From NCBI GenBank assembly GCA_041615815.1, contig JBFJCP010000003.1:32001-96000 (forward strand): DNA of 64,000 bases, in the 5' to 3' direction. The position numbers were made by a program, and so were the translations under genes. The notes under the pieces were generated by a model. It saw only the letters and a list, made by a program, of their open reading frames with translations, searched no databases and had not been told where the DNA came from. This stretch comes from Gemmatimonadales bacterium. Lineage in GTDB: Bacteria > Gemmatimonadota > Gemmatimonadetes > Gemmatimonadales > GWC2-71-9. Shown here in pieces: positions 1 through 8,092 of this stretch. The first letter of the stretch is position 1, and each line of letters begins with the position of its first letter.

Positions 1-612
1 CATTCGAGCCTGTACGACGTGCCATGCATCGCGTTCGACATCGTCCGTTGGCTGGGTGGCGTCCAAATGCACGATGTCGGGACCATCGACGGCGGCAAAC
101 CACCGCGCCACCCGCTCGTGGAGCGCCCGATCCTCCCGCTCCATGCGATCCAACGGCTTGGCCTGCGCGGCCTGCCGCTGGATCCCCACCCGAGCGGGCG
201 CGTCCAGCACCAGCGTGAGATGGGGGCGCAGGCCACCGGTGGCCAACGCATTAGCGGCGATCACGGCATCGCGCGGTAGTCCGCGTCCCTCGACTTGATA
301 CGCCATGGTCGACAGATCATATCGATCGCTCAGGACGACCATGCCCGCTTCGAGCGCCGGCCGAATCACCTTTGCCACCAAATCCGCACGAGCTGCCAGA
401 ATCAAGAACAGCTCGGCGAGCGGGCTGGCCTCCAGCGTCGGGTCGAACGCCGCCCGCCGAGCTAGCTCTGCAACAGGCGTGCCTCCCGGCTCTCGGACGG
501 CTTCCACCGAGCGACCGGCGTCCCGCAGCCGCGCGGCCAGGCGACTGACCAGCGTCGTCTTGCCCACTCCATCAGGACCCTCAACGACAATGAACACGCC
601 GGTCACGAGCAC
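1..612 (-). CDS. tmk: Thymidylate kinase (partial; 3' end runs off the window)
   Basis: Not in the ORF track; translated manually from GTG 612 or 606: VFIVVEGPDGVGKTT (P-loop), REPGGT, LILAARA, SDRYDLSTMAYQ, which are canonical dTMP kinase motifs. Confidence 0.93.
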   Translation of the reverse strand, partial: MLVTGVFIVVEGPDGVGKTTLVSRLAARLRDAGRSVEAVREPGGTPVAELARRAAFDPTLEASPLAELFLILAARADLVAKVIRPALEAGMVVLSDRYDLSTMAYQVEGRGLPRDAVIAANALATGGLRPHLTLVLDAPARVGIQRQAAQAKPLDRMEREDRALHERVARWFAAVDGPDIVHLDATQPTDDVERDAWHVVQARM

Positions 613-616
613 CGAA

Positions 617-970
617 TCAACTGAGAGTGATGATCGGACTCGATGCTCCCTTCTTGAGACCCTCCATGATCTGCTGATTCACCCGCATCATCATTTTGTC
701 GAAGTTGGCTTGCGCCGCTACTAGACCCTGATATTGAGGATCGCCCTGAATCTGACCAATCATGCGCTCGTACTCTTGCGCATCGGCCTCCGAAGGCTCG
801 GTCCCCTGTTGCGCCCCCCGTTCGAACGACTCCACCAGTCGCTGCAGCCGGGTGAGCTGCTCGTTCAACTCGGGCGTTTCCTCCAGCCGCTGCCGAGCCC
901 GCTGCAGCGCTTTGTACTCGTCACTCTGCCCCAGCAATCTCCCAAGCTCCTGTGCCTTTTCTGCAATCAC
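617..970 (-). CDS. YlbF/YheA/YmcA (Com_YlbF) family protein
   Basis: C-terminal 117 aa of ORF 617..1525: [21 protein letters not shown]...LVAAQANFDKMMMRVNQQI, a helical YlbF-like pattern. The GTG start overlaps the prmC stop (GTGA). Confidence 0.75.
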   Translation of the reverse strand: MIAEKAQELGRLLGQSDEYKALQRARQRLEETPELNEQLTRLQRLVESFERGAQQGTEPSEADAQEYERMIGQIQGDPQYQGLVAAQANFDKMMMRVNQQIMEGLKKGASSPIITLS

Positions 971-1851
971 AACACCTCGCTCCTCGTGGCAAACAGATAT
1001 CGTGGACGACCAAACACATCGTCGTGGACCTGGACCTCCCCCCAACCACCCAGCTGCTCCGCGAGCGCCAGCACCGCCCCGGCGCGCCTGGAATCTACTT
1101 CCAGTGCCAGGAGACCGCCCCCAACCAGACAAGCAGCGGCTCCTCGTACCAACGCCCGCAGGTGGGCCAGACCATCCACACCACCCACCAGCGCCGCCCG
1201 CGGCTCGTACCCCCGCACGGAAAGATCCAGTTGGTCGAACTCCGCCGCTGTGAGATATGGCGGGTTCGAGACGATCACATCGAACGCACCCGCGCGACGA
1301 ACCATCGTCAGCAGGTCCCCACATACCAGGGATACCGGAATCCGCGGCCCGATGCGCACCCGATTCATCGCCGCCACGGCTAGGGCTGGGCGACTCCGAT
1401 CTGTTGCCACGATCTCCGCCACGGTGGCACATTCCACCGCCAAGCTGAGTGCGATACAACCGCTTCCCGTGCCCACGTCGGCTACGCGCAGCGCGCGCCT
1501 CCCCACGCCGCGCTTGGAGATCCACGCCAACACCCCATCGACCAACCCCTCCGTCTCCGGCCGCGGGATCAGGACCCGGTGATCCACCACCAGGTCGAGG
1601 GTGCGAAAGGCCGCCGTTCCCGCGGCGTACGCCGCCGGCTCACCCCCGGCTCGCCGCTCCACCGCTGCCTGGAACCGATGGCGGTCCGCCGCAGCGACGG
1701 GGTGACTTTCCGCCAACCACACCTCACCCAGCGTCATCCCGGTCAGACCCACCCAGAGGCCAATGGCCTCCCGTCGGGCATGACGGACACCGGTAGCCGC
1801 CAAGGCGGCCGCGCCATCGCGAATCGTGGCTGCCACGCTGATCGCCGTCAC
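967..1851 (-). CDS. prmC: Release factor glutamine methyltransferase (HemK)
   Basis: [19 protein letters not shown] (SAM binding) and SNPPY motifs; directly follows prfA. Confidence 0.96.
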   Translation of the reverse strand: MTAISVAATIRDGAAALAATGVRHARREAIGLWVGLTGMTLGEVWLAESHPVAAADRHRFQAAVERRAGGEPAAYAAGTAAFRTLDLVVDHRVLIPRPETEGLVDGVLAWISKRGVGRRALRVADVGTGSGCIALSLAVECATVAEIVATDRSRPALAVAAMNRVRIGPRIPVSLVCGDLLTMVRRAGAFDVIVSNPPYLTAAEFDQLDLSVRGYEPRAALVGGVDGLAHLRALVRGAAACLVGGGLLALEVDSRRAGAVLALAEQLGGWGEVQVHDDVFGRPRYLFATRSEVL

Positions 1852-2909
1852 GCCACTTCCGCCCGCTCCCCGGCATGGGCCGCGTGGAGCGCGTCGATGA
1901 TCTCGTCCAGATTCCCCGCCAGCACGTCCTCCAACTGGTGCGTCGTGAAGTTGATGCGGTGGTCGGTCACCCGATTCTGGGGGAAGTTGTAGGTCCGGAT
2001 CTTGGCAGACCGATCACCCGTCCCGACCATCGCCCGTCGCTCACGGGCCCGCGCGGCTTCCTGTTCGGCGATGCGTCGGTCCAGCAGGCGCGCCCGGAGA
2101 ACCTCCATCGCCTTCACCTTGTTCTGGAGTTGAGATTTTTGGTCCTGACAAGACACCACGAGACCCGTGGGGAGGTGGGTGAGGCGGACGGCGCTGTCCG
2201 TGGTATTCACACTCTGACCCCCCGGGCCCGAGGATCGAAACACATCGACTTTGAGGTCCTTCTCGTCAATCTGCACGTCCACCTCTTCCGCCTCGGGTAA
2301 CACGGCCACCGTCGCAGCGGAGGTGTGGATCCGCCCCTGCGCCTCCGTGGTGGGGACTCGCTGCACTCGGTGGACCCCCGATTCGTGACGCAACCGACCG
2401 TAGACCTCCGCTCCCGAGACCTTGAAGGTGGCCTCCTTCACACCGCCCACGTTGCCTTCGGAGAGCGTGACGACCTCAACCCGCCAGCCACGCCGCTCGG
2501 CGTAGCGGGTATACATCCTGAAGAGATCCGCGGCGAACAGGGCGGCTTCGTCGCCTCCGGTCCCGGCCCGGATCTCGACGATCGTATCACGGTCATCTAA
2601 CGGATCCGGCGGGATGAGGAGTCGGAAGAGCTCGGCGTCCATCGTCTCGAGGTCGGGTACCAATCGGTCCACATCGGCTTGGGCCAGCTCGGCGATCGCC
2701 GGATCGGCGTCGTGCAGCAGTTCGCGCGCCCCCGCGAGCTCACGCCGGGCCCTGTCACGACCGTCGGCCACTCGGCGGATACGCTCGAGGCGAGCGTACT
2801 CCCGCCCCAGGGCCTCCAGTTTCTTGGGATCCTGCGCCGTAGCTGGATCGGCCAGCGCCCGCTCGACCTCGCGGGCCCGCGCAAGCGCGGCTTCAAGCCG
2901 CGCCTGCAT
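1848..2909 (-). CDS. prfA: Peptide chain release factor 1
   Basis: [25 protein letters not shown] (PxT), SGPGGQSVN (GGQ), [14 protein letters not shown]. Confidence 0.98.
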   Translation of the reverse strand: MQARLEAALARAREVERALADPATAQDPKKLEALGREYARLERIRRVADGRDRARRELAGARELLHDADPAIAELAQADVDRLVPDLETMDAELFRLLIPPDPLDDRDTIVEIRAGTGGDEAALFAADLFRMYTRYAERRGWRVEVVTLSEGNVGGVKEATFKVSGAEVYGRLRHESGVHRVQRVPTTEAQGRIHTSAATVAVLPEAEEVDVQIDEKDLKVDVFRSSGPGGQSVNTTDSAVRLTHLPTGLVVSCQDQKSQLQNKVKAMEVLRARLLDRRIAEQEAARARERRAMVGTGDRSAKIRTYNFPQNRVTDHRINFTTHQLEDVLAGNLDEIIDALHAAHAGERAEVA

Positions 2910-2912
2910 GGG

Positions 2913-3134
2913 TTAGCTCTCCTGTTTGGCGCCGGCGGTGGCTTCGTAGCGCTGGCGGAACCGCTCCACGCGCCCTGCAGTGTCCACGAGCTTCTGCTTG
3001 CCCGTGAAGAACGGATGGCAGCGCGAACAGATCTCGACGTGGATGGAAGGCTGCGTCGAGCGCGTCTCGAAGGTATTCCCGCAGGCGCACTGGATGACGG
3101 CGCGCTGATAGGTGGGATGAATGCCTGATTTCAC
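2913..3134 (-). CDS. rpmE: 50S ribosomal protein L31 (zinc-binding type)
   Basis: [42 protein letters not shown] upstream of the GTG. Confidence 0.97.
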   Translation of the reverse strand: MKSGIHPTYQRAVIQCACGNTFETRSTQPSIHVEICSRCHPFFTGKQKLVDTAGRVERFRQRYEATAGAKQES

Positions 3135-3261
3135 GAACTCCTCCGGAAGACTCTACTGCCCCTGCTGCCGTCGCCTGCCCCTGCCACCGATGATCGAGGG
3201 GCGGTTTTGGGGAGAGGAGCGGCAGAAGGGGCAGTGGTGAACTGTGTGCCCCAAGCGGCGA

Positions 3262-3291
3262 AATATAATCCCCACAGGCACTTGCGGACAA
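3262..3291 (-). promoter_or_regulatory. Putative sigma70 promoter of the rpmE-prfA-prmC-ylbF-tmk operon
   Basis: Minus strand TTGTCC (3291-3286), 18 nt spacer, TATATT (3267-3262). Confidence 0.5.
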
Positions 3292-3311
3292 GCGCCACCC
3301 GCCCTTACGAA

Positions 3312-3340
3312 TTGACACGATCCCCGCCGGACACTAAGCT
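3312..3340 (+). promoter_or_regulatory. sigma70 promoter of the crp-MBL-csgG-mlaEFD-HD-GYP run
   Basis: TTGACA (3312-3317), 17 nt spacer, TAAGCT (3335-3340); 37 nt upstream of ATG 3378. Confidence 0.7.
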
Positions 3341-3377
3341 AGGCGCATCCAACGCGCTGGAGCACCGAGAGAGCCGC

Positions 3378-4049
3378 ATGGCCGTCGCCGAGACCCTGAA
3401 GCGGATTCCCCTCTTTTCGCACCTGGGTGATGACGAGATCAGCCGGGTCGGCCACGCCGTGCGGGAAAAGAGCTATCCCAAAAACAGCGTCATTCTGTTC
3501 GAAGACGACCCCGGGGACGCCTTGTACGTCGTGGTCACCGGCGAGGTCAAGGTGGTGCGAATCGGGGAAGACGGACGGGAAGTGATCCTTTCGATTCTCC
3601 GTTCGGGCGATTTCTTCGGAGAGATGTCGCTCATCGACGATCAACCGCGATCGGCCCACGTCATCGCGATGCAGGATGCCAACCTCCTGGTGCTGCGCCG
3701 GGAGGACTTTCAGCAGTGCCTCGCCGAGCTGCCGAGCATTGCCCTGGGCCTGCTCAAGGCACTGTCTCGCCGACTCCGCCGGGCCGATGACAAGATCGGT
3801 GAGCTGGTGCTGCTCGACGTCAACGGCAGAGTCTCCCGGGTCCTACTCGAGCTGGCCGACGAAAACGACGGCACGATCATTTCTCGAACGGTCACGCACC
3901 ACACGATCGCCCAGATGATCGGCTCCAGCCGCGAGACCGTCTCCCGCACGATTCGCGAGCTGGCAGACCGAGGACTGATCGAGGTCTCCCGCAAGACCAT
4001 CGCTATCCGAGACCGAGCAGCGTTGGAGGCGGTGGCTGGGCTCCAGTGA
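3378..4049 (+). CDS. Crp/Fnr-family cNMP-binding transcriptional regulator
   Basis: Phosphate-binding cassette FGEMSLIDDQPRSA, C-helix SRRLRRADDKIGELVLLDV, HTH IAQMIGSSRETVSR (CRP-like RETV.R). Start set at ATG 3378, downstream of the promoter. Confidence 0.93.
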   Translation: MAVAETLKRIPLFSHLGDDEISRVGHAVREKSYPKNSVILFEDDPGDALYVVVTGEVKVVRIGEDGREVILSILRSGDFFGEMSLIDDQPRSAHVIAMQDANLLVLRREDFQQCLAELPSIALGLLKALSRRLRRADDKIGELVLLDVNGRVSRVLLELADENDGTIISRTVTHHTIAQMIGSSRETVSRTIRELADRGLIEVSRKTIAIRDRAALEAVAGLQ

Positions 4050-4138
4050 GAGGGGGCACCGATGGGACGTGAGCGTGGTCCTATCCCCTGGTGGAGCCGG
4101 CCATCTACGTTCGGACGGCACGTGGCGAGTCACCGTCG

Positions 4139-5014
4139 ATGACCTGCAAGATCACCTTTTGGGGCACGCGGGGATCCATCCCCACTCCCGGGGCGCCCAC
4201 CGCCCGGTACGGCGGCAATACGCCCTGCGTCTCCGTCGAGCGCACCGACCTCGACAGCACCCGGTTGGTGATTCTCGATGGCGGCACGGGGATTCGTCCG
4301 CTCGGTCGCCGACTCATCGAACAGCCGGAGCGGGACGTCGCCGTCGATCTGCTATTGAGTCATACCCACTGGGACCACATCCAGGGTCTCCCCTTCTTCG
4401 CGCCGTTCTTTCAGGAGGGAAACACGGTCCACATCTGGGGAGCCAAACAGGGCGAGGTGGAGTTGGCGGCGATCCTCCGCCGCCAGATGGATCCGGTCGT
4501 GTTCCCAGTTCCCATCGAGGAAGTAGCGGCCACGCTCGAAGTGCAGCACGTGGGCGAAGGCGAGTTCGAGATCGACGGCTTCGCGGTGGAGGCGGCGCGG
4601 CTCCGGCATCCCGGCACCACCCTGGGCTATCGCCTGACCCCAAAGGGGGGCGACGCCAGTGTGGCGTACGTCACCGATAACGAGCTCGGATTTGGTGGCG
4701 ATTATGACGTGGGACCCGACTGGCATCGCGAGTTTCTCCGCTTCCTGAACGGCGTCACGGTGCTGATCCACGATGCCATGTTCACCCCCTCGGAGCTTGA
4801 GCACCATCGCGGGTGGGGACACAGCTCGTATGGCGAGGCCGTGAAACTCGCGGCCGAAGCCGGGGTAGGGCGTCTGGTGCTGTTCCATCACCTCCCGGAG
4901 CACGACGACGCGGCGATGGATTTACTGGTCGGAAAGGCCCAGGAGGTGGCCGCGGGAACCGATTTTGCGGTAGAGGTGCTGGCGGCAACTGAGGGTATGG
5001 AACTCTGGCTCTGA
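4139..5014 (+). CDS. MBL-fold metallo-hydrolase, putative cyclic-nucleotide phosphodiesterase
   Basis: FWGTRGSIPTPG..YGGNTPC, LDGGTG, SHTHWDHIQG (HxHxDH), YVTDNE, HDA, GWGHSS, LFHH. The fold is secure; the substrate is inferred. Confidence 0.8.
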   Translation: MTCKITFWGTRGSIPTPGAPTARYGGNTPCVSVERTDLDSTRLVILDGGTGIRPLGRRLIEQPERDVAVDLLLSHTHWDHIQGLPFFAPFFQEGNTVHIWGAKQGEVELAAILRRQMDPVVFPVPIEEVAATLEVQHVGEGEFEIDGFAVEAARLRHPGTTLGYRLTPKGGDASVAYVTDNELGFGGDYDVGPDWHREFLRFLNGVTVLIHDAMFTPSELEHHRGWGHSSYGEAVKLAAEAGVGRLVLFHHLPEHDDAAMDLLVGKAQEVAAGTDFAVEVLAATEGMELWL

Positions 5015-5024
5015 GATTGGAGAG

Positions 5025-5720
5025 ATGGTTATGCAGTGGCGCTCATTGATTGGAGTAGTGCTCCTGGTCGGGCTCGCGGCCCCAGCGGCGGCTCAGGACT
5101 CGCGCCCGGGAGTGGCCGTACTCCCCTTCGAGAACGGCGGGTCCTATGGTCAGGACAAAGAGGACTTCGACGCGCTCGAGGTCGGCATTCAGCAGATGCT
5201 ACTCACCGAATTCGCGGTGAACTCAGCGCTCCGCGTTGTGGAGCGGAGCCGTCTACGGGCCCTTATGGACGAACAGGACCTCGGATCCTCCGGCCGGGTG
5301 GACCAGGGAACTGCCGCGCGCCTCGGTCGCTTGGTCGGCGCCCGGTACATGGTGCTGGGCGGCTTCGTGGACTTCTACGGCGATCTCCGCATCGACGCGC
5401 GCGTGGTGAACGTGGAAACGGGCGAGATCGTCAAGAGCGAGCGGGTGCGCGACAAACGGGAGAATCTCTACGACAACATCGTCGATCTGGCACAGAAGGT
5501 CAGCCAGGGCCTGGATCTCCCACCCCTGTCGCGTCAGGCCATGGAGGAACGCAAGAAGCGAGAGGTCCCAGCCGAGGCGGTCCGGCTCTACGTGAAGGGA
5601 TTGCTCTATCAGGACCGGGGAGATAATGAGCGGGCAGCCGAGCTCTTCCAGCAGGCCGTGGCGGAGTACCCGTCCTACACTGAGGCCGAGGTGGCTCTCC
5701 GTCAGATTGGGAGCTCCTAG
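5025..5720 (+). CDS. Secreted CsgG/HfaB/TolB-N-like domain protein with a C-terminal TPR
   Basis: Signal peptide (..AAPAAA-QD), VAVLPFEN, VVERSRL...EQDL...AARLGRLVGARYMVLG, DARVVNVETGEI; TPR-like tail YVKGL...AAELFQQAVAEYPSYTEA. Confidence 0.75.
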   Translation: MVMQWRSLIGVVLLVGLAAPAAAQDSRPGVAVLPFENGGSYGQDKEDFDALEVGIQQMLLTEFAVNSALRVVERSRLRALMDEQDLGSSGRVDQGTAARLGRLVGARYMVLGGFVDFYGDLRIDARVVNVETGEIVKSERVRDKRENLYDNIVDLAQKVSQGLDLPPLSRQAMEERKKREVPAEAVRLYVKGLLYQDRGDNERAAELFQQAVAEYPSYTEAEVALRQIGSS

Positions 5721-5729
5721 GCGGTAGCG

Positions 5730-6512
5730 GTGGCCGCGTCGATCGCGGCCCTTGGCCGGCGAGCGACCGACGCCGTCGCCTGGGTGGGCGCCCTCGCCCG
5801 ATTTTGCGTGCGCACGCTGGCCGCCGCGCGCGCGCTCCCCAGGGCCGGGCGCCGTGTCACCACACGCATCCTTCTGGATCAGGTGCGGTTCACGGCGCTC
5901 CAGGCCGTCCCGCTGATCATCCTCTTGTCCGGCATCCTCAGCTTTCTCCTCATCTCACAGGCGGTACGCGAGCTCGGGCGGTTGGGCGCGACCGAGCTCA
6001 TCGGCCGTCTCATGGTGATCGCGATCGTCCGTGAGTTGGGTCCCCTCCTGACCGCACTGGCCGTGGCCGGCCGCTCGGGCACGGCCATCGCTGCGGAGCT
6101 CGCCACCAATAAAGCGCTCGGTGAGGTCCATGCCCTCGAGGGCATGGGCATAGACCCGGTGCAATACCTCGTCCTCCCTCGGCTCGGCGGGGCCATCGTC
6201 TCCGTGCTCGGGCTGGTGGTGCTGTTCGATCTCGTCGCCATCGGCGCCGGGTTCTTAGCGGCCCTTGCCAACGGCATGAGTGGCGCCCGGTACGCCGAGA
6301 TTGTGACGGACAGCCTGAGCTTCCGCGACGTCTGGCTCACCCCGGCCAAGGGGCTGGCCTTCGGCATGATCATCGGGCTGGTTCCGAGCTTCCACGGACT
6401 CACCGTCGGCGGTCGGCCCACAACGGTACCGATTGCATCGAGCCAAGCCGTGGTCGCGAGCATCGTGGCCATCTTCCTCTGCGCCGGCCTTTTCGTCCTC
6501 GTGCTCTTGTGA
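5730..6512 (+). CDS. MlaE/YrbE-family ABC permease
   Basis: VRELGPLLTALAVAGRSGTAIAAEL...EVHALEGMGIDPVQYLVLPR, the signature of the MlaE family. Confidence 0.9.
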   Translation: MAASIAALGRRATDAVAWVGALARFCVRTLAAARALPRAGRRVTTRILLDQVRFTALQAVPLIILLSGILSFLLISQAVRELGRLGATELIGRLMVIAIVRELGPLLTALAVAGRSGTAIAAELATNKALGEVHALEGMGIDPVQYLVLPRLGGAIVSVLGLVVLFDLVAIGAGFLAALANGMSGARYAEIVTDSLSFRDVWLTPAKGLAFGMIIGLVPSFHGLTVGGRPTTVPIASSQAVVASIVAIFLCAGLFVLVLL

Positions 6513-7186
6513 ACGAGCATCCTCTCCGCTTCGAAGACATCGTGCTCCCCGGCTGGCCGGACGCACCGATGGCGCTCGATGTCACGGCGCACCAGGCCGT
6601 CGCCGTCCTGGGATCCGACGCCTCCGGAGTGGATCAGCTCGCCGCCTACGCCCTGGCCTTGCAGGCTCCACCGGCCGGCCGGGTGCTGGTGCACGGACGG
6701 GATCTCGCCACCCTGCCCTACCGGGAGGCGCTCGCGGCACGCCGCGCCGTGGGATATCTCCCGGCTGACGACGGCCTTCTGCATAACCTCACGCTCTCGG
6801 AGAACGTCGCCCTCCCTCTCAGGTTCGGCAGCCGGCTCACCGAGACCCAGATCCGCAGCCGTGTTGGCGTGATCCTCGCACAGCTCCGGTTGGCGGACGT
6901 GGGGGTGCGGCGGCCTGCGGACGCCACGGGCGAGCAGCGCCGCCGGGCCGCACTGGCGCGGGCCCTCGCCTTCGACCCCGATCTGGTGCTGCTCGAACAC
7001 CCCTTCGACGGTCTCACGGACCGAGATGCCGCTGAGCTTCTGGAACTTGCGCGGGGTGGCGAATCGGCCGCAGGTTCGAGGCGCACCGTGTTCATCATCG
7101 GGCCGTACCTTCCGCCGTCGCTCCGGGCTCGCGTGGAATCGCGCTTCCGGCTGCATCGAGGCCGGCTCGAGTCCGAGGAGGGATAG
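6509..7186 (+). CDS. MlaF-like ABC ATPase-fold protein with degenerate catalytic motifs
   Basis: ABC scaffold recognisable (P.AGRVLVHG.DL, NLTLSENVALPL, RAALARALAFDPDLVLL), but Walker A is GSDASGVD, signature is ATGEQ, Walker B is LLEHP, and there is no switch His. Confidence 0.8.
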   Translation: MNEHPLRFEDIVLPGWPDAPMALDVTAHQAVAVLGSDASGVDQLAAYALALQAPPAGRVLVHGRDLATLPYREALAARRAVGYLPADDGLLHNLTLSENVALPLRFGSRLTETQIRSRVGVILAQLRLADVGVRRPADATGEQRRRAALARALAFDPDLVLLEHPFDGLTDRDAAELLELARGGESAAGSRRTVFIIGPYLPPSLRARVESRFRLHRGRLESEEG

Positions 7187-7195
7187 CGTCAGCTC

Positions 7196-8092
7196 GTGGA
7201 CCTTCGTGGCTCGGATTTCCTGGTAGGATTGTTCGTGCTGGCCACGATCGGCGTCATTGTGGGCGCCATCATCGTGACCAGTGGCTTGGGCGTTCCCCGT
7301 TACGACCTCTATATGCGCGCCGCATCGGCGAACGATCTCACGCAGGATACGCGGGTCCTCCTCCAGGGGTTGCCGGTGGGACGCGTGCGGGCGATCTACC
7401 CCGCGGTGGATACGTTGAGCGGGCAAATGGCGGTGCTGGCAAAGCTCTCCATCGAGCGCCGATTCCGCGATGGCACGGAGCTCAGCCTGCCGTCCGGCAC
7501 CCGGGCCGTCATCGTGCAGCGCAACCCCATTGCCTCACCGGTGGTGGAGTTGGTGTTGCCCAACCGGCCCCCAGGGGCGCTGCTCCAACCCAACGACACG
7601 ATCGACTCCGACCGGCCAGCCAGCGTCATCGATGTCATGAGCGAGATGGCACTCGAGCTGAGAACCGAGCTCACGGCGACGCTCCAGGAGACCCGCACGC
7701 TGCTGACCCGCTCAACCACCGCGGTCGAGCAAACCAACGCAGTGCTCACGAGCGTCGGGCCGCCGCTGCAGGACGCGCTGCAGAATCTCGCGAGTGCGCT
7801 CGACCGCACGGACCAGCTCCTCGCCGACCTCGGGCCGCGAGTAGTCGACTTGAGCGACAGCGTGGCCGTCGCGCTCGCCGATGCGCGGCACATTCTTCAC
7901 ACGCTCGATAGTCTCACGCTCTTGGGACAACAAATGGCCAGCGAGAACCGCGACGCCATTCGAAACCTCGTGGATCACCTCCATCGGTCGGCGGCGGTCT
8001 TGGAGCACTTCACGGACAAGGTGAGCCGCCGCCCGCTGCGTCTGTTTACCGGCGTTACCCCACCACCTGATACAATGGATCTCCATCCGTGA
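7196..8092 (+). CDS. MlaD/MCE-domain protein with a helical C-terminal extension
   Basis: N-terminal TM (FLVGLFVLATIGVIVG), MCE motif L...TRVLLQGLPVGRV, long helical tail ending RRPLRLFTG. Confidence 0.85.
   Translation: MDLRGSDFLVGLFVLATIGVIVGAIIVTSGLGVPRYDLYMRAASANDLTQDTRVLLQGLPVGRVRAIYPAVDTLSGQMAVLAKLSIERRFRDGTELSLPSGTRAVIVQRNPIASPVVELVLPNRPPGALLQPNDTIDSDRPASVIDVMSEMALELRTELTATLQETRTLLTRSTTAVEQTNAVLTSVGPPLQDALQNLASALDRTDQLLADLGPRVVDLSDSVAVALADARHILHTLDSLTLLGQQMASENRDAIRNLVDHLHRSAAVLEHFTDKVSRRPLRLFTGVTPPPDTMDLHP

Noticed and set aside
971..1525. N-terminal 185 aa of ORF 617..1525
   Set aside because: Overlaps prmC in another frame and is low-complexity Gly/Arg; the real gene starts at GTG 970.
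3264..3269. Perfect TATAAT on the plus strand
   Set aside because: No matching -35. The same AT patch is better explained as the minus-strand rpmE -10, and a complete plus-strand promoter exists at 3312-3340.
3135..4138. CRP box (TGTGA-N6-TCACA) near the crp gene
   Set aside because: No convincing match found by eye in the flanking intergenic regions.
5879..7426. Long antisense or alternative-frame ORFs (for example 5879..7426 -, 12340..13746 +, 13743..15167 +, 19277..20575 +, 61484..63265 -)
   Set aside because: They are shadows of well-supported genes in high-GC DNA where stop codons are rare; no recognisable motifs.
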